This document shows positions 1 to 9,766 of a stretch of DNA of 64,000 bases, one piece after another. Every line of letters starts with the position of its first letter. Within the stretch, counting starts at the first letter, position 1. The notes under the pieces were generated by a model. It was not told the origin of the DNA and ran no database searches. It worked only from the letters and a program-made list of their open reading frames with translations. The translations under genes and the position numbers were made by a program. The DNA comes from Verrucomicrobiia bacterium (GTDB taxonomy: Bacteria; Zixibacteria; MSB-5A5; DSPP01): positions 4,928 to 68,927 of the forward strand of contig DATLYY010000007.1 of NCBI GenBank assembly GCA_035574275.1. Direction: 5' to 3'.

Positions 1-998
1 CGAGGGGCGTTTTGGTCAAAAATCTGGCTTCCGCGCTTGCGGAAAATGCGGAGTTGGTGGAGGCGCACCTCGGGAAATACGCCTCGCCGGATGCCAACAT
101 TTTCACGGCGCTCGGAACGGCGTTTCTGGAAGAAGGGGCGTTCGTTTATCTCCCTGCCGGCACAGTTCTGGAGAGACCCATTCACCTTCTTTTCATATCC
201 ACGGCAGAAAAAGAGGTCACCGTGGCGCACCCGCGCATCCTCATCGTCGCCGAAACGGGGAGTCGCGGCGCAATAATCGAAAATTATCTTGGCAAATCGA
301 ACCAGCCGTATTTCACGAACGTGGTCACGGAAATCGTAGTCGGGGAGAATGCTTCTCTCGAGCATTACAAACTGCAGCGGGAGGATGGGCACGGGTTTCA
401 CATCGCGGCCACGGAGGTTTATCAAAAGCGGGCCAGCCATTATTCCGGATTCACGCTGGATGCCGGGGCGCAACTGGGGCGGAACACCCATCGCGTAGTT
501 TTGGATGGAGAAGAAGTGGAGTGCCATTTGAACGGGCTTTACATCGCCGGCGGCAAACAGCATATCGACAACCATACCGCCATCGACCACCGGCGGCCGA
601 ACGGCAAAAGCTTTGAAGTTTACAAGGGGATTGTGGACGGGCGGGCGCGGGCCGTTTACAACGGCAAAGTATTCGTCCGGCAACCGGCGCAGAAGACCGA
701 TTCCAAACAGACCAACCGGAATCTTTTGCTCTCCGATTTGGCGCGAGTGGATACCAAGCCGCAGCTGGAAATTTTTGCCGACGACGTCAAGTGCACGCAC
801 GGGGCGACGGTGGGGCAATTGGACGAAACGGCAATTTTCTATCTGACTGCGCGGGGGATCAGCCGGGCCAATGCCCAAAGGCTTTTGACCTTCGGGTTCG
901 CCAACGACGTCATCAACCGCATAAAACTGGAACCGATGCGCGCCGAGCTGGAAGCGGAACTTTTGGCCCGGATAGAAAGCGGCTCCAACACAATATAG
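1..998 (+). CDS. sufD: Fe-S cluster assembly protein SufD (5'-partial; gene runs off the left edge)
   Basis: 328-aa C-terminal portion with SufD/SufB-family beta-helix sequence features. No in-frame stop back to position 3. Followed directly by sufS, sufU and sufA. Confidence 0.85.
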   Translation, partial: RGVLVKNLASALAENAELVEAHLGKYASPDANIFTALGTAFLEEGAFVYLPAGTVLERPIHLLFISTAEKEVTVAHPRILIVAETGSRGAIIENYLGKSNQPYFTNVVTEIVVGENASLEHYKLQREDGHGFHIAATEVYQKRASHYSGFTLDAGAQLGRNTHRVVLDGEEVECHLNGLYIAGGKQHIDNHTAIDHRRPNGKSFEVYKGIVDGRARAVYNGKVFVRQPAQKTDSKQTNRNLLLSDLARVDTKPQLEIFADDVKCTHGATVGQLDETAIFYLTARGISRANAQRLLTFGFANDVINRIKLEPMRAELEAELLARIESGSNTI

Positions 999-1004
999 GT
1001 TTTT

Positions 1005-2267
1005 ATGGCGACAACAATGACCCCCGAAGTAAAAGCCGGGAAGCGATTTCATCTTGATGTAGAGAAAATCCGCAAGGATTTTCCGGCTTTGCACCAAAAG
1101 GTGTACGGCAAGCCGCTGGTCTATTTGGACAACGCCGCCACCAGCCAGAAGCCGCAGACGGTCATCGACACAGTTTCCCGCTACTACACCATCGAGAATT
1201 CCAACATCCATCGCGGGGTGCATTATTTAAGCGAACGGGCGACCAAGGCGTACGAAGATGCACGTACAAAAGTAAAGGAATTCATCAACGCCCGCGAAGT
1301 GCGGGAAATCGTTTTCTGCCGCAGCACCACGGAGGGAGTCAATCTGGTGGCGCAGAGCTTTGCGCGGGGCCTTCTAAAGCCCGGCGATGAGATACTCATC
1401 ACGGCAATGGAACACCATTCCAACATCGTGCCGTGGCAGATTTTATGCGAGCAAACCGGCGCCGTTTTGCGGGTGGCGCCCATCAACGATGCGGGGGAAC
1501 TTGTGCTTCCAGAATTCGAGAAGCTTTTGACCTCGAAAACCAAGCTGGTTTCAGTCGCCCATATTTCCAATGCGCTGGGAACCATCAACCCGGTCGAGCA
1601 GATTATCGAGACAGCCCACCGGCGCAGCGTTCCGGTCGTCCTCGACGGCGCGCAGGCGGTGCCGCATCTCAAGGTGGACGTGCAGAATTTGGACTGCGAT
1701 TTTTATCTTTTCTCCGGGCACAAGATGTTCGGGCCCACCGGCATCGGCGTGGTGTACGGCAAGGCGCATTTGCTTGAAGCCATGCCGCCGTATCAAGGGG
1801 GCGGGGATATGATTCTCTCGGTCACATTTGAAAAAACAACCTACAACGTGATTCCGCACAAGTTCGAAGCCGGGACGCCGAACATCGCCGGGGCCATCGG
1901 GCTGGGGGCGACTGTCGAATATCTGGCCGGCATCGGGATGGAGAACATCGCCGGATACGAACAGGAGCTTTTGGAATACGGGACGGAGAAACTTTCGGCC
2001 GTTCCGGGGTTGCGGCTGGTCGGCACGGCAAAGAAGAAAGCCAGCATTCTTTCGTTTGTGATGGGCGGAATTCACCCGCACGACATCGGCACGATTTTGG
2101 ACCGCGAGGGGATCGCCGTGCGCACCGGGCACCACTGCGCCCAGCCGGTGATGCAGCGCTTCGGCGTGCCGGCCACGGTGCGGGCCTCGCTGGCTTTTTA
2201 CAACACCAAAGAGGAAATCGACGCTTTGGTTGCCGGGCTTTTGGAAGTGCGAAAGGTTTTTGGATGA
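1005..2267 (+). CDS. sufS: cysteine desulfurase SufS (class V aminotransferase)
   Basis: 420 aa. Conserved PLP-fold motifs ([34 protein letters not shown]). Lies immediately after sufD. Confidence 0.92.
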   Translation: MATTMTPEVKAGKRFHLDVEKIRKDFPALHQKVYGKPLVYLDNAATSQKPQTVIDTVSRYYTIENSNIHRGVHYLSERATKAYEDARTKVKEFINAREVREIVFCRSTTEGVNLVAQSFARGLLKPGDEILITAMEHHSNIVPWQILCEQTGAVLRVAPINDAGELVLPEFEKLLTSKTKLVSVAHISNALGTINPVEQIIETAHRRSVPVVLDGAQAVPHLKVDVQNLDCDFYLFSGHKMFGPTGIGVVYGKAHLLEAMPPYQGGGDMILSVTFEKTTYNVIPHKFEAGTPNIAGAIGLGATVEYLAGIGMENIAGYEQELLEYGTEKLSAVPGLRLVGTAKKKASILSFVMGGIHPHDIGTILDREGIAVRTGHHCAQPVMQRFGVPATVRASLAFYNTKEEIDALVAGLLEVRKVFG

Positions 2268-2716
2268 TTTCGGAAATCGGCGAACTGTATCAGGAGGTCA
2301 TCATCGACCACAGCAAACGTCCGCGCAACTTCCGGGTTTTGGAAAAAGCGGACCGGCAAGCGGAGGGATACAACCCGCTCTGCGGCGACCGGCTCGTGCT
2401 TTATTTGAAGATGAATGGCGACACGATTGCCGACGTCAGCTTTCAGGGCTCCGGCTGCGCCATTTCGACCGCCTCGGCCTCGATTATGACCTCCGAACTC
2501 AAAGGGAAAACGGTGGAGGAAGCGGAGGAGATTTTTGAAAAGTTTCACCAGATGGTTACCGGGACGCCAAACGAGAATTGGGAAGAACAACTGGGAAAGC
2601 TGGCCGCTTTTTCGGGCGTGTCGCAGTTTCCGGTGCGGGTCAAGTGCGCCAGCTTGTGCTGGCATACTTTGAAAGCCGCTTTGGAAGAGAAGAAGGAAAC
2701 TGTTTCTACTGAATAG
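2264..2716 (+). CDS. sufU: SUF system Fe-S scaffold / sulfur acceptor SufU (NifU/IscU-like)
   Basis: 150 aa with the three conserved Cys (CGD..., GSGCAIS, KCASLC). ATGA overlap with the sufS stop. Confidence 0.88.
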   Translation: MISEIGELYQEVIIDHSKRPRNFRVLEKADRQAEGYNPLCGDRLVLYLKMNGDTIADVSFQGSGCAISTASASIMTSELKGKTVEEAEEIFEKFHQMVTGTPNENWEEQLGKLAAFSGVSQFPVRVKCASLCWHTLKAALEEKKETVSTE

Positions 2717-2749
2717 CTGTTTAAATAAACAATGGAAGGAGAACAATAA

Positions 2750-3109
2750 ATGGTAACGTTAACGCCAACGGCCGGCGAGGCCGTGCGGGGAATAATCGAG
2801 CAGGAAAAACTGCCCCAGACGACCGCTTTGCGGCTGGGGGTTACCACGGAAGGGTGCGAAGGGAGCGGGACGAAGTTCCGCTACGTTCTGGATTTCGACG
2901 CAACGCCCGCCAAGGAAAACGACTCGGTTTTCGAATCCGAGGGGATGAAAATTTTGGTGGACAACGACAGCTTGCCTCATCTTTCCGGGTTGCAGCTCGA
3001 TGCGCGGAAGCAGATGGGCGGGGTGCAGTTCGTTTTCCGCAACCCGCAGGCGAAGCACAGCTGCGGCTGCGGGCACTCCTTTTCCGAGGAAGCGCCGGAG
3101 TCGCATTAA
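2750..3109 (+). CDS. Fe-S cluster insertion protein, HesB/IscA/SufA A-type carrier
   Basis: 119 aa. C-terminal CGCGHSF motif typical of A-type carriers. Good RBS (GGAAGGAG) upstream. Confidence 0.85.
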   Translation: MVTLTPTAGEAVRGIIEQEKLPQTTALRLGVTTEGCEGSGTKFRYVLDFDATPAKENDSVFESEGMKILVDNDSLPHLSGLQLDARKQMGGVQFVFRNPQAKHSCGCGHSFSEEAPESH

Positions 3110-3112
3110 ACC

Positions 3113-3451
3113 GTGCTGGAGACGATGGAAAAGACCCCCCTTACCGCGTTGCCGCTCGAAGCGCAGGTCATTGAGGCGATCCAGAGCTGTTACGACCCGG
3201 AAATTCCGGTCAATATCTACGAGCTGGGGCTGATTTACGATTTGAAAGTCAGCGCGGAAGGGGAAGTGGAAATAAAAATGACTTTGACCACACCGCACTG
3301 CCCGGTGGCGGGCTCGCTTCCCGGCGAAGTGGAGGAGCGGGTGCGCGCCGTGCCGGGGGTCAAGGAGGTCAAACTCGAACTCGTCTGGGAGCCGCCTTGG
3401 GATATGAGCAAAATGTCGGAGGCGGCCAAGCTGGCGTTGGGGCTTTTGTAA
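3113..3451 (+). CDS. DUF59/MIP18-family Fe-S assembly protein (SufT-like)
   Basis: 112 aa. Sequence 'PVNIYELGLIYDLKV...TLTTPHCPVAG' matches the DUF59/PaaD-like fold. Last gene of the suf cluster. Confidence 0.75.
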   Translation: MLETMEKTPLTALPLEAQVIEAIQSCYDPEIPVNIYELGLIYDLKVSAEGEVEIKMTLTTPHCPVAGSLPGEVEERVRAVPGVKEVKLELVWEPPWDMSKMSEAAKLALGLL

Positions 3452-3472
3452 CTTTTCGGATGCAAAACAAAA

Positions 3473-3497
3473 GGGCGCCCATAGGGCGCCATTTTTA
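3473..3497. terminator. bidirectional rho-independent terminator between sufT (+) and the LacD-like gene (-)
   Basis: GGGCGCCC-ATA-GGGCGCC perfect hairpin followed by ATTTTTAT. Lies between convergent genes. Confidence 0.6.
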
Positions 3498-3514
3498 TCT
3501 GTATTGTAAGATTA

Positions 3515-4597
3515 TCAGCCGATGATGGCCGGCTCGGCGTGCTTTTCCAATTCGTCAATCGAGGAGGCGCCGAATTTTTTGAACCAGGGGGCGGCGGCTT
3601 TAAGCCGCTCGTTCAGGGCCCGGATGTTTTTGACGCCGACGTCCGCCAGCCAATCCTCGAGCGCCTTCAGCCCCTGCTTGGCGTAAACCGGAATTCCTTC
3701 CTTCCAGGTGGCGCGGCCGCACAAAACGCCGTTGAAGTCGATTTGTGCCTCGGCGGCCAGTTCCAAGCTTTCGAGAAATTGGGCGTTGGAAACACCGGCG
3801 CTCAAGTAGATGAACGGTTTTTTGGCGGCTTTGGCGGCCTTTTTGTAATGCTCCATCGCCTCTGATTTTGAATACGCCTTGGTTCCCTTGAAAGCCCTGG
3901 TTCCCTCGACAAATTCCAAGGCGACGGGGATTTCGACTTTCAGAACGTCCACTTTGTACTCCGGCTTGGAAAACTCGGCGATGCTCTCGGTCACGATTTC
4001 CGGTTTTTGCCTGGCATATTCGACCGATTTTTCATCCCCACCCTTGGGGTCGTAGCCCACAAACTCGAGGAAATAGGGGATGTCATAAAGCGCGCACTCG
4101 GCGCCGATGCGCTCAACAAAGGAATGCTTTTCGGCGTTCACCTTGGCATCGTCAAAAGGGGTGTAATAAATCAGGAGCTTCACGGCGTCGGCACCGGCTT
4201 CCTTCAGCTTCCGCACGGTCCAGTCAATCAGCAAATCGGGGATTCTTCCCGGGCGGGTATTGTCGTAGCCGGATTGTTCGTAAGCAAGAAGCACACCTTT
4301 GCCTTGGGCCCTTTGTTTCATCGCCGGCAGGCCGTATTCGGGGTCGAGCAGGATGGCGGAGGCGTAAGGGGTCAGAATCCGGGTAACCGCCGATTTGAAC
4401 TCGGCCATCATTTCATTTGTAATCCGGTCGGCCGAAACTCCTTTTTCCTTGGCAATCGCTTTCTTTAACGAGCCGCGCTGATCCATCGCCGCGGCGGCAA
4501 TCACCCCGCGGGAATCGGCCAGTGCTTTCATACCGTTCAGTTTTCCCGGCGTCCAGTTCATTTCCCGCAAGGTAATTTCTTGAGACGGAAAATTCAA
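3515..4597 (-). CDS. class I aldolase, tagatose-1,6-bisphosphate aldolase (LacD) family
   Basis: 360 aa. N-terminal 'GKLNGMKALADSRGVIAAAAMDQRGSL' resembles the LacD family N-terminus. TIM-barrel-like periodicity. Confidence 0.55.
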   Translation of the reverse strand: MNFPSQEITLREMNWTPGKLNGMKALADSRGVIAAAAMDQRGSLKKAIAKEKGVSADRITNEMMAEFKSAVTRILTPYASAILLDPEYGLPAMKQRAQGKGVLLAYEQSGYDNTRPGRIPDLLIDWTVRKLKEAGADAVKLLIYYTPFDDAKVNAEKHSFVERIGAECALYDIPYFLEFVGYDPKGGDEKSVEYARQKPEIVTESIAEFSKPEYKVDVLKVEIPVALEFVEGTRAFKGTKAYSKSEAMEHYKKAAKAAKKPFIYLSAGVSNAQFLESLELAAEAQIDFNGVLCGRATWKEGIPVYAKQGLKALEDWLADVGVKNIRALNERLKAAAPWFKKFGASSIDELEKHAEPAIIG

Positions 4598-4722
4598 CCG
4601 GTTCTGGAAAAAAATGCGGGATTCTTCGCTGCGCTCAGAATGACAAAAATTGGGGACAGTTGACGTTCCGGCGTCGATTCTGTCCCGCGACGGAAGTCGA
4701 GGCTCCGGAGCAATGGATAGAT

Positions 4723-5967
4723 TCAGTATTCGTACCGGCGACGGCCGATGCCGGCCAATACCCCGAGCATAATCCAGGAGGTTATCATCGAGGTGCCGCC
4801 GTAGGAAACGAGGGGAAGGGGGAGGCCCGTGACGGGCATCAAACCGATGGTCATCCCGATATTCACCAGAACCTGAAAAACCAAAACGGCGGTGATGCCC
4901 AAGGCGGTGAAGCTGGCGAAGCTGTTGCGGGCTTTCTGGGCGTAGTCAATCCCGCGGTGAATCAGGTAGCCGAAAAGGGCGATCAGCACCAAAACCCCCA
5001 GAAAGCCGAACTCCTCCCCCACTACGGAGAAAATGAAATCGGTATGCTGTTCGGGCAGAAAGGCAAGCTTGGTCTGCGTCCCCCCCATGTACCCCTTCCC
5101 CAAAAGTCCGCCGGAGCCGACGGCAATTTTGGACTGGATGATTTGATACCCGGCGCCGCGGGGATCCCGGTTGGGGTCCAAAAAAATCAGGATGCGCAGC
5201 TTTTGATAATCGTGCAGCCGGTTCCAGACCAAAGGCATAATCATGCCGGCCAAAAGATTCACGGTCACCGTGGCGGTGGAGAAAAAGCCGCCGGGGCGGA
5301 CGAGATACAGGACGGCCAAAAGCAAAAGGAAAAAAAGCCCCCAGGAAATCCAGTGCAGGGCGGCCAAAAGACTCAAAGCGGGGGAGATGATGAAAAACAG
5401 GTAGATTGCCGGGATGGAGGACCAAAAAAGCATGGCCAGAAAAATGGCGAAAAAGACAAGCGAGGTGCCCAAATCAGGCTGGCGCAGAATCAAAAGCATC
5501 GGCAACAGGGCCAGAAAAAGGGCCGGCAGGAGCCGCTTGGGGATGTTCGTTTCGTACTTGGAGGAATAGGCCAGAAAGCGGGCCAAAGCGAATACGGTGG
5601 CAATTTTGGCCAGTTCCGAGGGCTGCAGGTTCAAAAATCCCAGATCGTACCAACGGGTGGCTCCCAAGCGGGTGGAGCCGAGAAAGAAAACGCCGATGAG
5701 GGCGAGGATGGCGACGATGTAAAAAAGGTAGGCGAAAGCCTCAAAAAATCGGAAGGGCAGGGCGTACACAACCCAGAAAGCGACCAGCCCCAAGGCGATC
5801 CAGAACAACTGTTTCAAATAGAGATCCTGCTCCAGCGGGTTGGGGGACATGTGGGTGGAACTGTAAATCAAGGCGACGCCGGAGAGGGAAAGGAGAAGCC
5901 CGATGGCCCAGAGCCGGCGGTCCACTTCGTTCCAGAACTCAAGGATTACGGTTTTTACGGCGCGCAT
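4723..5967 (-). CDS. rodA: rod shape-determining protein RodA (SEDS-family peptidoglycan glycosyltransferase)
   Basis: 414-aa polytopic membrane protein with FtsW/RodA motifs. Directly downstream of mrdA in a mreCD-mrdA-rodA operon. Confidence 0.88.
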   Translation of the reverse strand: MRAVKTVILEFWNEVDRRLWAIGLLLSLSGVALIYSSTHMSPNPLEQDLYLKQLFWIALGLVAFWVVYALPFRFFEAFAYLFYIVAILALIGVFFLGSTRLGATRWYDLGFLNLQPSELAKIATVFALARFLAYSSKYETNIPKRLLPALFLALLPMLLILRQPDLGTSLVFFAIFLAMLFWSSIPAIYLFFIISPALSLLAALHWISWGLFFLLLLAVLYLVRPGGFFSTATVTVNLLAGMIMPLVWNRLHDYQKLRILIFLDPNRDPRGAGYQIIQSKIAVGSGGLLGKGYMGGTQTKLAFLPEQHTDFIFSVVGEEFGFLGVLVLIALFGYLIHRGIDYAQKARNSFASFTALGITAVLVFQVLVNIGMTIGLMPVTGLPLPLVSYGGTSMITSWIMLGVLAGIGRRRYEY

Positions 5968-5968
5968 A

Positions 5969-7792
5969 TCAGTCGGAATACTCGAAGGTGGCGGAATCGG
6001 CCGGGCTGACCAGCGGGCCGGTCGGCTTTCTTTTCAACAGGTAGGCCTGCAGCATCTGCTGGGCCACCGGCGCCGCAATATCGCTACCATGGCCCGCATT
6101 CTCGACCAAGACGGCAATGGCGATGACTGGATTTTCCGCCGGGGCGAAGCAGGCAAACCAGGCGTGGGGCTCGCCGTGGGGGTTTTCCGCCGTGCCGGTT
6201 TTGCCGGCGACTTTGATCCCCTCCACCTGCGAGCGGTGGGCCGTGCCCCGCTGGCCGTGGACCACCTCGACCATCGACTTTCTTAGAATTTCAAGCGTTT
6301 CCTGCGAAAAAGGAAGCCGCTCGACGATTTCCGGCCGGTATTCCTGCACGCCGGTTTGATCCTGCACTTTCTTCAACAGATGGGGTTTCCACAAAACGCC
6401 GCCGTTTCCCAAAGCGGCGTAGAAATTCGCCAGTTGGAGCGGGGTGGTCAGATACTCCCCCTGCCCGATGGACAAATTAAGCATGACCCCCTGCGACCAT
6501 TTCCCCTTTCCCAGCCGGCGGTCATACCAGTCGGTGTTCGGCACCAGCCCGCGCGCCTCGTCGGGCAGATCGATTCCGGTGCGTTTGCCGAAGCCGCATT
6601 TTTTGCCGTACTCCGCCCATTTGTTGATACCGAGTTTCTGGCCGAGTTGGTAGAAGTAAACATCGCAGGATTGCTCGATGGCGCCGATAAGGTTCAAGCT
6701 GCCGTGCCCCTCCGGCTTCCAGCAGCGGAAAAAACGGGTGCCGAATTGATAGCCGCCGCGACAGGGAGTCGGCATATGGGTTTGAGGTTTCACCAAGCCA
6801 TCCTCCAAGGCCGCGCCGGCGGTCAACAGCTTGGCCGTGGAGCCGGGAGGGTATTGCGATTGAATCACCCGGTTAAGAAGGGGGTGATTGGGATCCTCCA
6901 CAATCCGGTTCCACTCCTCGTAGGTAATCCCGACGGAAAGCCCGGCCGTGTTGTAGACCGGTTTTGAAACGAAAGCCAGAATTTCCCCGTTGGCCGGATC
7001 CAGCGCCACGGCGCCGGCACAGCAAAAGTTAGCCAGCGCGGATTCGGCGGCCGCCTGCACATCCATATCGATGGCGATGACCATGTCGCTGCCGGAGATG
7101 GGGTGGAGCGGGGGCTTGTCCGGCACTTCCCCCAAAACCTTTCCCTGGGCGGTGACTTCGAGGTACAAGACGCCGTCCGAGCCGCGCAAAAGCTGATCGT
7201 ACTGTTTTTCAATCCCCCGCTTGCCGATGTAGCCCCCCTGCCGGTATCCCTTGGAGGCAAGCTGCAAAAGCTCCTGTTCCGAGATTTCGGAAATGTAGCC
7301 GACCAGATGGCTGCCCCAGTTGTTGGGGGGGTAGTCGCGGGCCTGCTCCGCTTGATAAATGACCCCCGGAAGGTCCTCGTTCAGTTCCTCCAGTTGCGCA
7401 ACGGTGGCGAAATCGACATCTTTTTTCACCTTGATCGGCTCGTAGCGGCTGGTGCGCTCCCGCTTTATCGCCGCATCCAGTTCCGCTTCGGTGAGGCCGA
7501 TCAAAGGGGCCAGTTTTTGGATGGTCAGTTCCAGGTCGCGCACCTCGTACGGCAGGATCGACACGGAATAGGCGGGGCGGTTGGCCACGATTTTTCGCCC
7601 GTGCCGGTCGTAGATCGCGCCGCGGGGGGCGGGAATGGGGATCAGGCGCAGCCGGTTGACGTCCGCCATCCGCCGGTAGTAGGGGTGAAAGACAATTTGC
7701 AGAAAGAAAAGCCGGATCACCAGGGCGCCGGCCAGAAGGGCCAAAACGGCCAAAAGGATTGCATTTTTGTTCCTCCGGGAAAATTCGTTCAA
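5969..7792 (-). CDS. mrdA: penicillin-binding protein 2 (peptidoglycan D,D-transpeptidase MrdA)
   Basis: 607 aa. N-terminal TM segment, PBP dimerisation domain and transpeptidase domain (STAKLLTAGAALEDG; SxN and KTG motifs present). Confidence 0.9.
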   Translation of the reverse strand: MNEFSRRNKNAILLAVLALLAGALVIRLFFLQIVFHPYYRRMADVNRLRLIPIPAPRGAIYDRHGRKIVANRPAYSVSILPYEVRDLELTIQKLAPLIGLTEAELDAAIKRERTSRYEPIKVKKDVDFATVAQLEELNEDLPGVIYQAEQARDYPPNNWGSHLVGYISEISEQELLQLASKGYRQGGYIGKRGIEKQYDQLLRGSDGVLYLEVTAQGKVLGEVPDKPPLHPISGSDMVIAIDMDVQAAAESALANFCCAGAVALDPANGEILAFVSKPVYNTAGLSVGITYEEWNRIVEDPNHPLLNRVIQSQYPPGSTAKLLTAGAALEDGLVKPQTHMPTPCRGGYQFGTRFFRCWKPEGHGSLNLIGAIEQSCDVYFYQLGQKLGINKWAEYGKKCGFGKRTGIDLPDEARGLVPNTDWYDRRLGKGKWSQGVMLNLSIGQGEYLTTPLQLANFYAALGNGGVLWKPHLLKKVQDQTGVQEYRPEIVERLPFSQETLEILRKSMVEVVHGQRGTAHRSQVEGIKVAGKTGTAENPHGEPHAWFACFAPAENPVIAIAVLVENAGHGSDIAAPVAQQMLQAYLLKRKPTGPLVSPADSATFEYSD

Positions 7793-8274
7793 AGGGTAAA
7801 CTCCGGCTCTTTTTTCCTTGTACGCCCGGCCAGGTAGAAAAGAACAAAAGCCAAAAGCATGGAATAAACGGCGCCCAAAAGGGAGTAGCGCCCCAGGATA
7901 TACAGCGTCGCGGTGGGGGAAAAACCGGTATCCGCGAGGTGGTACCCCAGTTCGTAAATCACCACGGAGAGGCCGGCGATGATCCCCTTGGAGTAGAAGT
8001 TTTCCAAGAAAAGATTATCCTTGAATCCCCCCAGCCAGTAACCCAGCGTCAGCCGCAAAAGGGTTCCCCATCCCAAAAGTGAGGGATGGAGCACGTCGGT
8101 CAGAAGCCCGGAGACGAAACCGAAGAAAAGCCCCTCCACGGAACCCCGCGTCAAGGCGAAGTAGGCGGTCAAAACAAGGCCGATATCCGGGTGGGCGCCC
8201 CCCACCGCGAGCCAGGACCGGAGGAGGGATTCGTACAAAACCACGGCCAAGAGGCCGGAAATGAAGGCCTTCAC
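7789..8274 (-). CDS. mreD: rod shape-determining protein MreD
   Basis: 161-aa hydrophobic protein between mreC and mrdA. Overlapping start/stop codons. Confidence 0.75.
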   Translation of the reverse strand: MKAFISGLLAVVLYESLLRSWLAVGGAHPDIGLVLTAYFALTRGSVEGLFFGFVSGLLTDVLHPSLLGWGTLLRLTLGYWLGGFKDNLFLENFYSKGIIAGLSVVIYELGYHLADTGFSPTATLYILGRYSLLGAVYSMLLAFVLFYLAGRTRKKEPEFTL

Positions 8275-9077
8275 CGGTTTTCCCGTTCCGGAGAATTTTT
8301 GGGAACCAGGATGAACAGCTCGTCCAACGCAGAGAAGCCGACGGCGGGCAGGAGGTCGATGCTGCGGAAAAAGGAGAGCGTGTCGGCAGTCACGGTTTTC
8401 ACCGTCCCGACCACCAGCCCCTCTGGAAATATCCCCCCCAGCCCGGAAGAGACGATGGTGTCGCCGACGGCCACGTCGTCGGCGGGGGAAATGTTTTCAA
8501 AAGAGAGGCAGGGGCCGGATTTCCATTTGACAATACCCAAGACCCGGCTCCTTTGGTCGCGGGCCGCAACCCGGCAGCCCGGATCAAAGAGGAGTTGAAT
8601 CACGGCGGCGTCCGGCGTGGCGTCCAGAACCTTGCCCACCAGCCCGTTCAAGTGCACGACCGGCAGATTTCGGCGTATTCCATCCCGGGTGCCGCGGTTG
8701 ACCGTGATTTCGGTCGGCCTCGGGGTGGCCTCGGCCCCCACCAGTTCGGCGGCAACCGGGCGGAAATCGGGCGGGGCGGAGAGGCCCAATAGTTTGCGCA
8801 GCCGCTCGTTTTCGAGCGAGCTTTCCTTTAAGGCCCGGTTTTCCATCTTCAGGCCCAAAAGCTCGTTTTTGAGGAGCCGGTTCGTCTCCCGTACGGCCAA
8901 AAGTTCGGAAAACGCTTTGCCGAGGGAGAAAAACGGAGCGTAGAGGGTGCTGGAGATGGCGGTCGCGAAGGTGTACTTAACCGGTTTGGGTAAAATTAAA
9001 AGCAGAAGGGAAAAGCCGGCCGTCAAGGCAATGGCGGCTTTCGGCTTTGTTTTAAACGGTACGGACAGTTCGCTCAA
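8271..9077 (-). CDS. mreC: rod shape-determining protein MreC
   Basis: 268 aa. N-terminal TM segment, coiled-coil region (LLKNELLGLKMENRALKE) and C-terminal beta domain. No mreB is adjacent. Confidence 0.85.
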   Translation of the reverse strand: MSELSVPFKTKPKAAIALTAGFSLLLLILPKPVKYTFATAISSTLYAPFFSLGKAFSELLAVRETNRLLKNELLGLKMENRALKESSLENERLRKLLGLSAPPDFRPVAAELVGAEATPRPTEITVNRGTRDGIRRNLPVVHLNGLVGKVLDATPDAAVIQLLFDPGCRVAARDQRSRVLGIVKWKSGPCLSFENISPADDVAVGDTIVSSGLGGIFPEGLVVGTVKTVTADTLSFFRSIDLLPAVGFSALDELFILVPKNSPERENR

Positions 9078-9123
9078 CGGTTTCGCCCCCTCCTATGTTA
9101 ATTCGGCAAAACCCGGATTTTAT

Positions 9124-9585
9124 CTATCCGTTGTCGGAGGCCTTATCCAAGGCCTCCAGCAGTTCCCCCGGGCTTTTGACGTCCATGAAACGCCGCCGGT
9201 TTTTTTCGTCCTTCATGATGAAGGAGAGCTGGGCCATCACGTTCAAGTGCGCCCCGATCGCATCCTCCGGAGCGGCGATCAGGAATAAGAGATAGACCGG
9301 CTTTTTATCCATCGCCTCGAAATCCAGGCCGCTTTTGGAACGGCCGAAGGCGATCACCACGCCGCGGGTGGCCGTGGTTTTGGCGTGGGGAAAGGCGACC
9401 CCGTATCCCACCCCCGTGGTCACCAGCTTTTCCCGCTCCAGAACGGCGGAAAGCAGCTCCTTTTCATCCTTGACCAGCTTGGAGCGGGCCGCCAACGCGA
9501 CCAGCTCGCGAATCGCCTCCTCCTTGGATTTGGCTTTCAGGTCCAGTGAAATCAGTTCCTCGCCGCAAAATTTTGACAATTTCAT
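9124..9585 (-). CDS. ptsN: PTS EIIA-Ntr-type regulatory protein (PtsN-like)
   Basis: 153 aa. EIIA(Fru/Ntr) fold signature with active-site His in 'GVGYGVAFPHAK'. Confidence 0.8.
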   Translation of the reverse strand: MKLSKFCGEELISLDLKAKSKEEAIRELVALAARSKLVKDEKELLSAVLEREKLVTTGVGYGVAFPHAKTTATRGVVIAFGRSKSGLDFEAMDKKPVYLLFLIAAPEDAIGAHLNVMAQLSFIMKDEKNRRRFMDVKSPGELLEALDKASDNG

Positions 9586-9593
9586 CTGCGCTC

Positions 9594-9759
9594 CTAAAAT
9601 TTTTCCGCCTCTTCCACCAGCATGATCGGGATCCCCTCCTCGATTTTGTATTTCAGCCGGCAGGCAAAGCAGGTCAGCCGTTCATTTTCTTCATCGTATT
9701 CGAGATTCCCCTTGCAGGCCGGGCAGGCCAGAATTTCCAGAAGCTTTTTGTCCAGCACC
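9594..9759 (-). CDS. Trm112/UPF0434-family small zinc-ribbon protein (not in the ORF track, <60 aa)
   Basis: Reverse-strand translation V-LDKKLLEILACPACKGNLEYDEENERLTCFACRLKYKIEEGIPIMLVEEAEKF* has CPxCK...C..C spacing diagnostic of Trm112/YcaR. GTG start. Lies between accA and ptsN. Confidence 0.7.
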
Positions 9760-9766
9760 AGTCCTC

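Noticed and set aside
4660-6009. 449-aa plus-strand ORF (Gly/Gln/Lys-rich)
   Set aside because: Entirely antisense to the well-supported rodA gene. Low-complexity composition typical of a spurious frame in GC-rich DNA.
9077-9124. Expected mreB upstream of mreC
   Set aside because: The 47-nt spacer is followed by ptsN. mreB is not in this window and must lie elsewhere in the genome.
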